From the NCBI GenBank assembly GCA_038881595.1, contig JAVZPM010000001.1, positions 295,335 through 359,334 on the forward strand: DNA of 64,000 bases, read 5' to 3'. Source of the stretch: Candidatus Micrarchaeia archaeon (GTDB lineage Archaea; Micrarchaeota; Micrarchaeia; CABMEP01). Below are positions 40,356 to 48,935 of this stretch, in pieces (position 1 is the stretch's first letter; each line of letters opens with the position of its first letter). The notes under the pieces were generated by a model. It was not told where the DNA came from. It searched no databases and saw nothing but the letters and a program-made list of their open reading frames with translations. The translations under genes and the position numbers were made by a program.

Positions 40356-40763
40356 ATGCCAAAAGCAAGGACTAGATTTAAAGGTCATTCAAGAAAAAAA
40401 GATAATTCAATCTTATATTGGCTAGTCTTTGCTGTTTCTTTTATTTTTATTATTTCATTTTCATTTGCACAAACCACTAGTTCTACACAGTCGTCAGATA
40501 AACTTAAAAAAACACTCTGTGATCTTTACAAAGATCTTAATTCAGTTATTCCAACTGTTGCATTTGTTCTCTTTGTTCTTGCAGGAGTCGCATATGCAGG
40601 TGGTCAATTTTTTGGAGCAGAAACAAGAGCAAAATCAATATCTTGGTCAATGTCGATGGTAACTGGCGCAGTAGTTGGATTATTAATTGTTCAGGTTGCA
40701 TCTGTTCTCATTTCAAATCTTTCAGGTTATAAACTAAGTGAGATTTGCCCAGGTTTAAAATAA
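40356..40763 (+). CDS. VirB2/TrbC-like pilin 2
   Basis: Start at MPKAR; SFA|Q cleavage; VLAGVAYAGGQFFGAETRAK..SW. Confidence 0.75.
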   Translation: MPKARTRFKGHSRKKDNSILYWLVFAVSFIFIISFSFAQTTSSTQSSDKLKKTLCDLYKDLNSVIPTVAFVLFVLAGVAYAGGQFFGAETRAKSISWSMSMVTGAVVGLLIVQVASVLISNLSGYKLSEICPGLK

Positions 40764-40814
40764 TTGTAATGTCTTTTTAAATTTTTATTTATAATTTGTT
40801 AGTAAGGTGTTTAA

Positions 40815-41174
40815 ATGAAAAACAATATCTTAATATCAATAGCCTTTTTGTTCGTATTATTTTCGTTCTCATTTGCCCAGGGAACTTCTGATGTCACAGA
40901 AAGATTAATAGTGGGATTGAATGATGTATGCGTTCAATTGACACAGATTCTTCCTATAATTGCTATCGTATTATTTGTATTGGCAGCAGTAATTTATGGA
41001 ATTGGCCATATATTCGGTGCAGAGATGAAATCAAAGGCAACAGGCTGGGCCACTTCTATGGTTGTCGGAGCAGTCATCTCGCTTTTAATATTCCTATTGG
41101 CAAGACCTATTCTAGGTATTTTTGTTCCAGAAATATCTACTTCTGACTTCTGCACAGATAGATTCCATCCATAA
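40815..41174 (+). CDS. VirB2/TrbC-like pilin 3
   Basis: SFA|Q cleavage; VLAAVIYGIGHIFGAEMKSKATGWA. Confidence 0.75.
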   Translation: MKNNILISIAFLFVLFSFSFAQGTSDVTERLIVGLNDVCVQLTQILPIIAIVLFVLAAVIYGIGHIFGAEMKSKATGWATSMVVGAVISLLIFLLARPILGIFVPEISTSDFCTDRFHP

Positions 41175-41278
41175 TTTTTTATTTCACTTTTTGATATAAG
41201 TCTCTTTATTATTTTATCTCTTTTTTTATTCAATACATAGCATTTAAAAACTTTATAAAGAAATAATAAACGATAGCT

Positions 41279-42100
41279 ATGGCACTCGGATTTACTACTA
41301 GACAAATGGCTTATGGGGCGATAGGGGTTTCAATATTAGTTTTCTTAATAATGGCAACACTTCCAGGGGGAAGTACTTTACAATTCATAATGGCAGGTTT
41401 GTCTTTATTTACTGCAGTATTGTCATTTATTCTTTGGAAATATGGGTATTGGATGGTTCCATTCATAACAAAGAGACTTAACATAATCGAAGTACATGAT
41501 GGACAATGGGAAACAACCCCAGCCCAGGATGCAATAGTTAAAAAAATAGGAGATGAATATTATGCATCTGTTTTTCTTCACATTAAGATGTACAAATCTA
41601 CAACAGAAAGATCTCAAGAAGAAAATATGGTTTTCATAGATTCGTTCGAAAGAGCAATTGCAAACATAAAATATCCAGTAAAGATCGCAACGCTTCTTTA
41701 TGCTAAGGATATAGCGAAATATAGAGAGGATATTGAGACAAAGAAGTATGAAGCACAATTAAAGCTTCAGAGAGAAAGAGAAAAATCAGAGCCTGATGTT
41801 TTGGCATTAGATAGATTAGAAAAGGAAGTAGCAATGTATGAGGCAGAGTTAAATAGAATTATTTCTGGAGAAAGACCTATGGGTTTGATTTCATATGCAA
41901 TGACAACAGGAGTTGGAGTTACAAAAGATGCAGCAGTTGCAGTCGCAAAGAATCAGGCAGCTGAAATAAAGACATTGCTTGCAAACGCTCTCAATGTAGA
42001 GGTATCATATTTGTATGGAGAAGATATGATGAAGTGCTATGATCTTGAACACATGGTTCCTCCAACAATAAAGGCATTGAAAGATTTTATAGAGGCATAG
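41279..42100 (+). CDS. Two-TM membrane protein with cytoplasmic alpha/beta and coiled-coil domain, putative ATPase partner
   Basis: Two N-terminal TMs; lies directly upstream of the ATPase. Confidence 0.65.
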   Translation: MALGFTTRQMAYGAIGVSILVFLIMATLPGGSTLQFIMAGLSLFTAVLSFILWKYGYWMVPFITKRLNIIEVHDGQWETTPAQDAIVKKIGDEYYASVFLHIKMYKSTTERSQEENMVFIDSFERAIANIKYPVKIATLLYAKDIAKYREDIETKKYEAQLKLQREREKSEPDVLALDRLEKEVAMYEAELNRIISGERPMGLISYAMTTGVGVTKDAAVAVAKNQAAEIKTLLANALNVEVSYLYGEDMMKCYDLEHMVPPTIKALKDFIEA

Positions 42101-42129
42101 ATTGGTAAATTATTTTTATTGGTGAATAG

Positions 42130-43701
42130 ATGGGTGACCTAAAGATAAACGATGTTCAGAATACAGATATAGGAAGAAGAGCAATTATTGTCAGCCCGCC
42201 GGAACCGCCTGCTGAATATCTAATGGGTGATCCAAAGGATTCAATATATTTAGGGAGAACTGCTGTTTTTAATGTTCCGTTCTATTGGAATTTTAAGAGA
42301 TTAACAAATCCACATATTGCAATAACAGGAATAACTGGTTCAGGTAAATCTTATTTGATAAAGACATTTCTTCTTAGGGCAGCACTGGTATGGAATGCAA
42401 ATGCAATCATTATTGACTGGGCAGGTGAATATAAGGCATGGGTTAAACAAGTTAATGGTGTTGTAGTGGCTCTTGGAAGAGGTTCTTATCTAAATCTTTT
42501 AGACCTTGGAGGAATGAAGCCTTCAGATAGAATAAAGCAAGTGATAAGATCGCTTGAAATACTTACTGATATAGGTCAATACCCAGAGCAAAGGAGACTT
42601 ATAGAAGAGGCGATAGAAAAGGCATATTTGAATGCAGGATTTAAGCTTTCAGAAAAGGATCAGAGAGATGCATTAGGAAATCCTTTAAGACCACCTACTC
42701 TCAAAGACGTTCAGAAGATTCTACAGCAGATGCTTGAGACAGGGACCTATGAATTTCCTGCAGAACTTCAGAATGCTATTTATAAGATAAAGAAGTTCAC
42801 TCTAGAAGGTGACGATTATTTTGCAGAACAATCTACTATAGATCTTGACAGGCTTCTTACATCTGGTCTTGTTGCAATCGATCTTTCAGGATTACCAGAT
42901 GAAACTTTCCGTGCACTTGCAGCGCTTACAATTCTTCAATTCATAAAAGAAAAGATGAGAATGGAGGGATGGAAGCCAGAAAAAGGAATAAAGCTTCTCG
43001 TAGTACTAGATGAAGCATGGAAGATTTCGAAGGATGAGAACAGTGATGCAGTTATGATTGTAAGAGAGGGAAGAAAGTATCAATTTGCACTAATAGTTGC
43101 ATCACAGACTCCAACAGACATAAGTGAAGTTATATTCAGTAATGTAGGAACAGTAATTATGTTAAGATTAAAATTTGAAAAGTATCTTGATTACTTGCAG
43201 AATTCATTGAGATTTAGTAATTACATAAGACAACAGATTCTAGGTTTTGGAGTTGGACAAGCTGCTATTTCTATGGCATATGAACAAACCACTCCATTCA
43301 GTGAAACATTCATACTTAAGAAGATTGATGGTGAAGAGCCAATAGTTGATTACTTTATTGATATTTTATCTGTGCTTACAGAAGCACAAAGAAGGGATGA
43401 GACAATGCCAAAGAGTTTTTCAATGGAAAGAACAGCATTCAAGAAGAGATTAAGAGAAATGGGACTTAGCGATCAAAGAGTAGAAGAAATATCTACACTT
43501 ATTGAAAAGAAGGCAAAGCATATTGATGCAATAGAATTTGTGATAGAGCTTGAAAGAAGCGGAGTAAACAGGAAAACAATCACAATGTTCTTTAGAGAGC
43601 TTGGAATCGATGATAGTACAATCATAAACATATTTACAAGAGCAGATCAGAAAAAGACAGGAGCAGGGGAAAGAGAATTAACCCAAATAACATTAGAATG
43701 A
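42130..43701 (+). CDS. VirB4/HerA/FtsK-superfamily ATPase
   Basis: NPHIAITGITGSGKS (Walker A), IIIDWAGEY, VVLDEAW (Walker B), REGRKY, ASQ. Confidence 0.9.
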   Translation: MGDLKINDVQNTDIGRRAIIVSPPEPPAEYLMGDPKDSIYLGRTAVFNVPFYWNFKRLTNPHIAITGITGSGKSYLIKTFLLRAALVWNANAIIIDWAGEYKAWVKQVNGVVVALGRGSYLNLLDLGGMKPSDRIKQVIRSLEILTDIGQYPEQRRLIEEAIEKAYLNAGFKLSEKDQRDALGNPLRPPTLKDVQKILQQMLETGTYEFPAELQNAIYKIKKFTLEGDDYFAEQSTIDLDRLLTSGLVAIDLSGLPDETFRALAALTILQFIKEKMRMEGWKPEKGIKLLVVLDEAWKISKDENSDAVMIVREGRKYQFALIVASQTPTDISEVIFSNVGTVIMLRLKFEKYLDYLQNSLRFSNYIRQQILGFGVGQAAISMAYEQTTPFSETFILKKIDGEEPIVDYFIDILSVLTEAQRRDETMPKSFSMERTAFKKRLREMGLSDQRVEEISTLIEKKAKHIDAIEFVIELERSGVNRKTITMFFRELGIDDSTIINIFTRADQKKTGAGERELTQITLE

Positions 43702-43725
43702 CTATATTCTTATAGAGGGATTTTG

Positions 43726-44166
43726 ATGGCTAAAGTATGTGTAATTGGAAAAGAAGAAGTCAAGGGAGGAAATTACAAGAAAGTCAAGGAAGACATAGTT
43801 ATTTCATCCATAAGGAACCTGAAGAGATTCTTTAAGGTTGCAGCAGAAAATGAGCTTGTAGTGTGCGAGAGTCACCTCGAAGAAGCAATTAAAAGAAGAA
43901 AGGAATTTGAATCATCTATAGTAAAGATAGTAGCAGTGGTTGCGGTGATAGCAGTTATAGCAATAATACTGGCTTTACTTAACAACTCTCTCAATTTCAT
44001 CCCAGCTACAATTTCAATGATCATATTACTATTTATACTATTAGTATTTGTTTCTTTATTCAGATATTTTCCTGCACTAGAAAATGCAGAACCGGTTTCT
44101 AAGGAGAAAAAACAAAAAGATACGACAAAGTCATTAAAAGAAAAGCAAAAAGTAAAGAGGAGATAA
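43726..44166 (+). CDS. Small two-TM membrane protein
   Basis: N-terminal Cys/His residues, two TMs, basic tail; operonic spacing. Confidence 0.7.
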   Translation: MAKVCVIGKEEVKGGNYKKVKEDIVISSIRNLKRFFKVAAENELVVCESHLEEAIKRRKEFESSIVKIVAVVAVIAVIAIILALLNNSLNFIPATISMIILLFILLVFVSLFRYFPALENAEPVSKEKKQKDTTKSLKEKQKVKRR

Positions 44167-44167
44167 A

Positions 44168-44911
44168 ATGGTTTCATTGGACAAGAAAGATTCAGTTTCA
44201 TCAAGAGAGCCATTTATTGAGGGATTTAGGATAGAGGCAAAGATGCTTAAAGGAACTCAGGAAATAATAGATGCGCTTTCGCCATTGCAATTCTTAGACA
44301 TAGTAGAGACAAAAACAGGAATAGCAGCAATCAATATCGAGAGAAGAGATATTCAAAAGAATCCATATCTTTTTTCCATAATATATCTCAACCCAGACAG
44401 CATAGAAATAATATACAGTTATAATCCGGATGAGAGTCCAAAGAAAAGAAGATTAGAAATACTTCGTTATTTTTTGAATATTGCAACTCTTCTTGAGAAT
44501 GTTTATTTTATTAATCATAAACAGCTTTATCAGGTTGTTGACAACTTCATGTCACGTCTTTTGGAATATACCTCTTCTACTTATGAGGAGCTTTTCTCAA
44601 AGTATGATTCAGTAAAGGAAGAGTGCGACAGGATAAAGAAGCAGCTTGCAGAGGTAACAGTTGCAAACGAAAGCCTCAGGAAATCAAACATGGAGCTGAA
44701 GGAACAGCAGAATCAGTTGATGCTTAGGATAAAGGAACTCGAGATGGTTTCCGACGACGTTCTCATTTCAAGGATACAGACCTGGTTGGATGAACATAAT
44801 TATGAGATAAATATTTCTGATTTCGCTAGAATAAATAAGGTCAGTGAGCAAAGAGTAGAAGAGATACTTAATAAAATGGTAAGAGAAGGATATTTAGTAC
44901 AGAGAGAATAA
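44168..44911 (+). CDS. Coiled-coil protein with probable C-terminal winged helix
   Basis: Heptad region followed by INISDFARINKVSEQRVEEILNKMVREGYL. Confidence 0.65.
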   Translation: MVSLDKKDSVSSREPFIEGFRIEAKMLKGTQEIIDALSPLQFLDIVETKTGIAAINIERRDIQKNPYLFSIIYLNPDSIEIIYSYNPDESPKKRRLEILRYFLNIATLLENVYFINHKQLYQVVDNFMSRLLEYTSSTYEELFSKYDSVKEECDRIKKQLAEVTVANESLRKSNMELKEQQNQLMLRIKELEMVSDDVLISRIQTWLDEHNYEINISDFARINKVSEQRVEEILNKMVREGYLVQRE

Positions 44912-44961
44912 CAAAGATATTTTGAATTTAATTTCTTAATGTTCTAATAAAGAGGATAGGT

Positions 44962-47583
44962 ATGCAAGATGAGAAAAATCAAACAAATCAAAGAAAATTT
45001 GCAAAAGTACACAGAGCAGTATACAAGTTTAATATCAGAAGAATGTTCATACCTATCAAGAGATTTGTAAAAAAGACAACAGAACTTACTCCACAGATGA
45101 TATTAGACTCATTGTCATCTTTATTCAAGCCAAAGGAGAAGTACGGTGACAAAAAAGAACTCAAGCCAATGAAAACAGTAAGCGCTATGCCTTCTCCTAT
45201 AATGAATTTTATAATTGTGTTCTTTTTATGCCTTTTGGCAATCGGAGGGTATTTTCTTTTCATTTATTATACGGGTCCTTCAGTACCTGTGACTCCTTCA
45301 GTAACAGAAATACCAAAACCAACTCTTTCAGTAAATGTATTGAGCTCAGGCTATCTTGATTCTTCTTTTGACAAGACAAGATGGTTTGCCATTCTTGAAA
45401 TTTCTTCCCAGAATGCTACAAACATAAGTTTAGATATGATTATTCAGCAGAATCCCATCCCAAATGATGTTTATATATTAAGAGTTCCAAACTACCAATT
45501 TGCATCAAAATATCTACAATTCTATTCTGTTCTGAAGAACAAGCTTGAGAAGAAAGGAATATACCTCTCAGAAATAACTATAGATGAACTGGTCTCTTTG
45601 CCATCCACAAGAAAAATAATTTTAATAGTTCCTTCAGGCTACCTTCCAGCCGTATTTGTTGGAGAGGAATATGCAAATTTCACTCTTAAAAGCTTTGTTG
45701 AAAATGGAAATGTTGTAATCTATATAGGTTACAAACCAACAGACAGCATTCTTTATTCCAATTCTCCAAACCCGCAGCCGCTATCTCCAGATAAGATAGC
45801 AAGCTGGCAGCTTTCATTTGATCAAGCTACAGATCAGCCATCATTCTTCTCATTCAGGAATCCATTGTATTCTGTAAAGGCAGTAGGAACTACATCAACA
45901 CGTCCAGCAGTAACAGGTGAACCAGGTGGTTTCTCTGTTAAATGGAGTGGAGATGGGTTTGCATATTTTATACCAACCACAATAGATTTCTGGTGGCAAT
46001 TTTCAGGTGAGAAGTCTGCAGAAGAGCTTGCAGATGCGATAGTAAATGGAAAATGGGGATATGGACTTTCAAGAATACAGAAAACCATTCCAGTGAATGG
46101 TTCCATAAACAAGCAAATTATTATATTCAGTTCGCAATTCAAATTCCCAGACAGTACAAGAGTTTCAAGATCTTACGGAAGGCTTTATGTCCAATCTTTG
46201 AACCAGGTAGAGAACATAACTGAAATCAATGGCATTTCTCTTCCTGTCAGATTTCCAACCAGGCCGAACGGCATTTTAATGCATGATGATGTAGCATTAA
46301 ATTCAATCATAACTGGAAACCCTCTTGAGATAAAGTACTCTTTAAATGAAAATACAACTGAATTGAGACAGCTTTATTTATCTGCTATATCAGAGAACAA
46401 TGAAGAAATTTTATTCACACCTATAACCGCTGCACCAGTACCTCTTAAGCTTTCAAATGCAGTATATAGATTTGATAACAGGCTTCCACAAGGAAATTAT
46501 ATATTAAGAATAACAGATGACAGGAAAAATGTTTATGCACAATCATATCTTTCAATGGCATCTTTCAAGATTGAACCTTACATAACAGATTTCATATCTG
46601 GCAATTATATCTTTAATGTATATCTTTCATCAACAGGCGAGCAATACACCTCTGATTTGAAGAATGTGGTTGTTTCGGTTGATGATGGAGATAAAAAGAC
46701 ACTAGAGGTAAGACAGGGTAGAATCTTATATAATGCAACTCCTATCACTGTACCTGGCGTTCATGTATTTAAGTTTGAATTTGGACCAGATACAATCATT
46801 CTTCCAGTAACTTATACGAGACCCGTTTCTATGTTTGAGAGGCCAGAAAACATAGCAATGGGAATTATTGCAATACTTCTCTTTGTAATTGGATATTTAA
46901 TTTCAAGACCAGAGGCAGTAAAATATGCTATAGATGTACCAGATTTCCCACCTTTACAATCAATAGCTGTTCCAATAAAAAGAGAAAAAATACTAGAGAT
47001 GTTTGATTCAATAAATGCCGATCTTAAATGGAAATACACTCCACTTACAATAAATGATCTGAAGATGGGATTCAAGAAGATAATGTTCAGAGGAAAACCT
47101 CTCATTGTTGGTGATTACAATCTTGAAATGGTTCTTGACAAGCTTAAGGAAGAGGGATATGTTGTTCAGTCAATGGATTATTATGGATTAAAACGATGGG
47201 AGAAGGAAACAAGAAAATCAATTTATTACCTTGCTCTCGTTAGAGCCCTTAGGGATGTGTTTGTTACAGAGGGAATTCCATTCCTTCCATTCGGACAGAG
47301 AGGGGACGCAGATACAGTTCTAAGTTATGGTGGAGAAAAGGTATACATTCATATTTATGAATCTGATGCAGTTATAAAGAAAGCAATTCAAACTTCCTCT
47401 TTTGGAAGAACAATTATTGTTTTTGAGAATGAGACAGTGATGAATGATTTCCTATCAAGGATTCATACTCCTAGCCAGCAAAATGTAGTATTCAAATTGC
47501 TCCTTGACAGCGGAAAGATAAGCGTAGCTCCAATAACAAGTTTCATGGATGTTCTGACAAAGAAAAAAATATTTACCTACTAA
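44962..47583 (+). CDS. Large two-TM protein with extracellular core and cytoplasmic C-terminal domain
   Basis: TMs near aa 80-100 and about aa 630-650; N-glycosylation sequons between them. Confidence 0.7.
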   Translation: MQDEKNQTNQRKFAKVHRAVYKFNIRRMFIPIKRFVKKTTELTPQMILDSLSSLFKPKEKYGDKKELKPMKTVSAMPSPIMNFIIVFFLCLLAIGGYFLFIYYTGPSVPVTPSVTEIPKPTLSVNVLSSGYLDSSFDKTRWFAILEISSQNATNISLDMIIQQNPIPNDVYILRVPNYQFASKYLQFYSVLKNKLEKKGIYLSEITIDELVSLPSTRKIILIVPSGYLPAVFVGEEYANFTLKSFVENGNVVIYIGYKPTDSILYSNSPNPQPLSPDKIASWQLSFDQATDQPSFFSFRNPLYSVKAVGTTSTRPAVTGEPGGFSVKWSGDGFAYFIPTTIDFWWQFSGEKSAEELADAIVNGKWGYGLSRIQKTIPVNGSINKQIIIFSSQFKFPDSTRVSRSYGRLYVQSLNQVENITEINGISLPVRFPTRPNGILMHDDVALNSIITGNPLEIKYSLNENTTELRQLYLSAISENNEEILFTPITAAPVPLKLSNAVYRFDNRLPQGNYILRITDDRKNVYAQSYLSMASFKIEPYITDFISGNYIFNVYLSSTGEQYTSDLKNVVVSVDDGDKKTLEVRQGRILYNATPITVPGVHVFKFEFGPDTIILPVTYTRPVSMFERPENIAMGIIAILLFVIGYLISRPEAVKYAIDVPDFPPLQSIAVPIKREKILEMFDSINADLKWKYTPLTINDLKMGFKKIMFRGKPLIVGDYNLEMVLDKLKEEGYVVQSMDYYGLKRWEKETRKSIYYLALVRALRDVFVTEGIPFLPFGQRGDADTVLSYGGEKVYIHIYESDAVIKKAIQTSSFGRTIIVFENETVMNDFLSRIHTPSQQNVVFKLLLDSGKISVAPITSFMDVLTKKKIFTY

Positions 47584-47680
47584 TTAAACATTCAACTATG
47601 CTTTATTTAATTTATATTATACACTGCCAAAAACAGTAAGCAAAAATAAGAATTATAAGAGATTATTATTGACTATTATT

Positions 47681-48817
47681 CTATCTTTTTTCATTTTCAT
47701 TTAAGAGCTGATTATATATCTCTATGTGTCTTTTCAATGTTTTTTCTATTGAATGCTCTTTCGCAATCTTTACTGCATTCTTTGACAATCTTTCCTTATT
47801 CTTTATGCATTTTATTACAGCCTCTGCACATCCTTTTACGTCATGTGGCTTAAATAGATAACCATTATAATCATTTTTTACAAGGTCTGGTATTGCAAGA
47901 TAATCTGCACCCGCAACAGGCAATCCACATGCAAGTGCTTCAAGGCAGGAAAGACCTTGTGTTTCAAACATAGAGGGAAATGCAAATACATCAGCATTAT
48001 GATATAATTCAACTATATCTTTATGTTTTACTCCGCTAATGAATATGAATATATCATCTACTTTATTTTTCTTTACTAATTCTTTGTATTTCTGTTCCAT
48101 TGGTCCACTTCCCACAACTATAAAAAATGCGTTCTTTATTTCTTTCCTAATGATAGGCGCAGCTTTGATCAACACCTCGAGATTCTTTTCTTTCACTAGT
48201 CTTCCCGTGTAAAGTATAACTGTTTTATCCAGCCACATTTTCTTTTTACCTGGTTTGAACCTTTGAAGATCTATTCCATTTGAAATTGCCTCAACATTTT
48301 TTATCCCATTCCTTATGCATTCTTTTTTCATGTATTCGCTAGGAACAATGACTTTATCGCATTGGTTATAATACCATCTGAGATATCTCCATGCAACGCT
48401 CTTCATGATTTTCTGCATTGGCTTTATTGGGGCGATGTAATGAGTTGCTTCTTGAATATTGGTGTGGAGCGTTCCTACAAGGGGCTTTTTGAGAATGCTT
48501 GCTGCATAGAGTGCTGCTAAACCCATCGGACCCATTCCATGCGAATGTATGACATCAATCTTTTCTTTTCTAACTATCTCTTCTGCATCAGGATAAGGGA
48601 ATATGGCAAGCTTGTATGTTGGATAGGGAATAAACTCGATTGATGGAAAGATGTATGCATCATCTTTTCTTCTCCTCTTTTTAACCTCAGGAGATCCTGC
48701 TGCAAATACTACTATTTCATTTCCCAGTTTCTCTAATCTTTCTTTTATATTAGTTATAGCAACAACAACCCCATCAACATTAGGATACCAAGTTTCTGTA
48801 AAGAATGCAATTCTCAT
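47681..48817 (-). CDS. Glycosyltransferase family 4
   Basis: MRIAFFTETWYPNVDGV, GRLVKEKN, ETQGLSCLEALACG. Confidence 0.93.
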   Translation of the reverse strand: MRIAFFTETWYPNVDGVVVAITNIKERLEKLGNEIVVFAAGSPEVKKRRRKDDAYIFPSIEFIPYPTYKLAIFPYPDAEEIVRKEKIDVIHSHGMGPMGLAALYAASILKKPLVGTLHTNIQEATHYIAPIKPMQKIMKSVAWRYLRWYYNQCDKVIVPSEYMKKECIRNGIKNVEAISNGIDLQRFKPGKKKMWLDKTVILYTGRLVKEKNLEVLIKAAPIIRKEIKNAFFIVVGSGPMEQKYKELVKKNKVDDIFIFISGVKHKDIVELYHNADVFAFPSMFETQGLSCLEALACGLPVAGADYLAIPDLVKNDYNGYLFKPHDVKGCAEAVIKCIKNKERLSKNAVKIAKEHSIEKTLKRHIEIYNQLLNENEKR

Positions 48818-48935
48818 CTTTCCACCTATCTATTTTTTATTTTCCATTTTTATTATTTTCAAACAATTATTGTACATGTTTATTTTATATTCTGTTTTTT
48901 GTTTACACAAATTATAATCATATTAACTATTTTTA

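Noticed and set aside
39973..41174. Type IV pilins or archaellins
   Set aside because: No class III signal peptide pattern; SPase I-type FA|x sites and a two-helix hairpin instead
39973..47583. Integrated conjugative element or provirus
   Set aside because: No integrase, relaxase, att repeats, replication or capsid genes seen; the flanks are housekeeping genes
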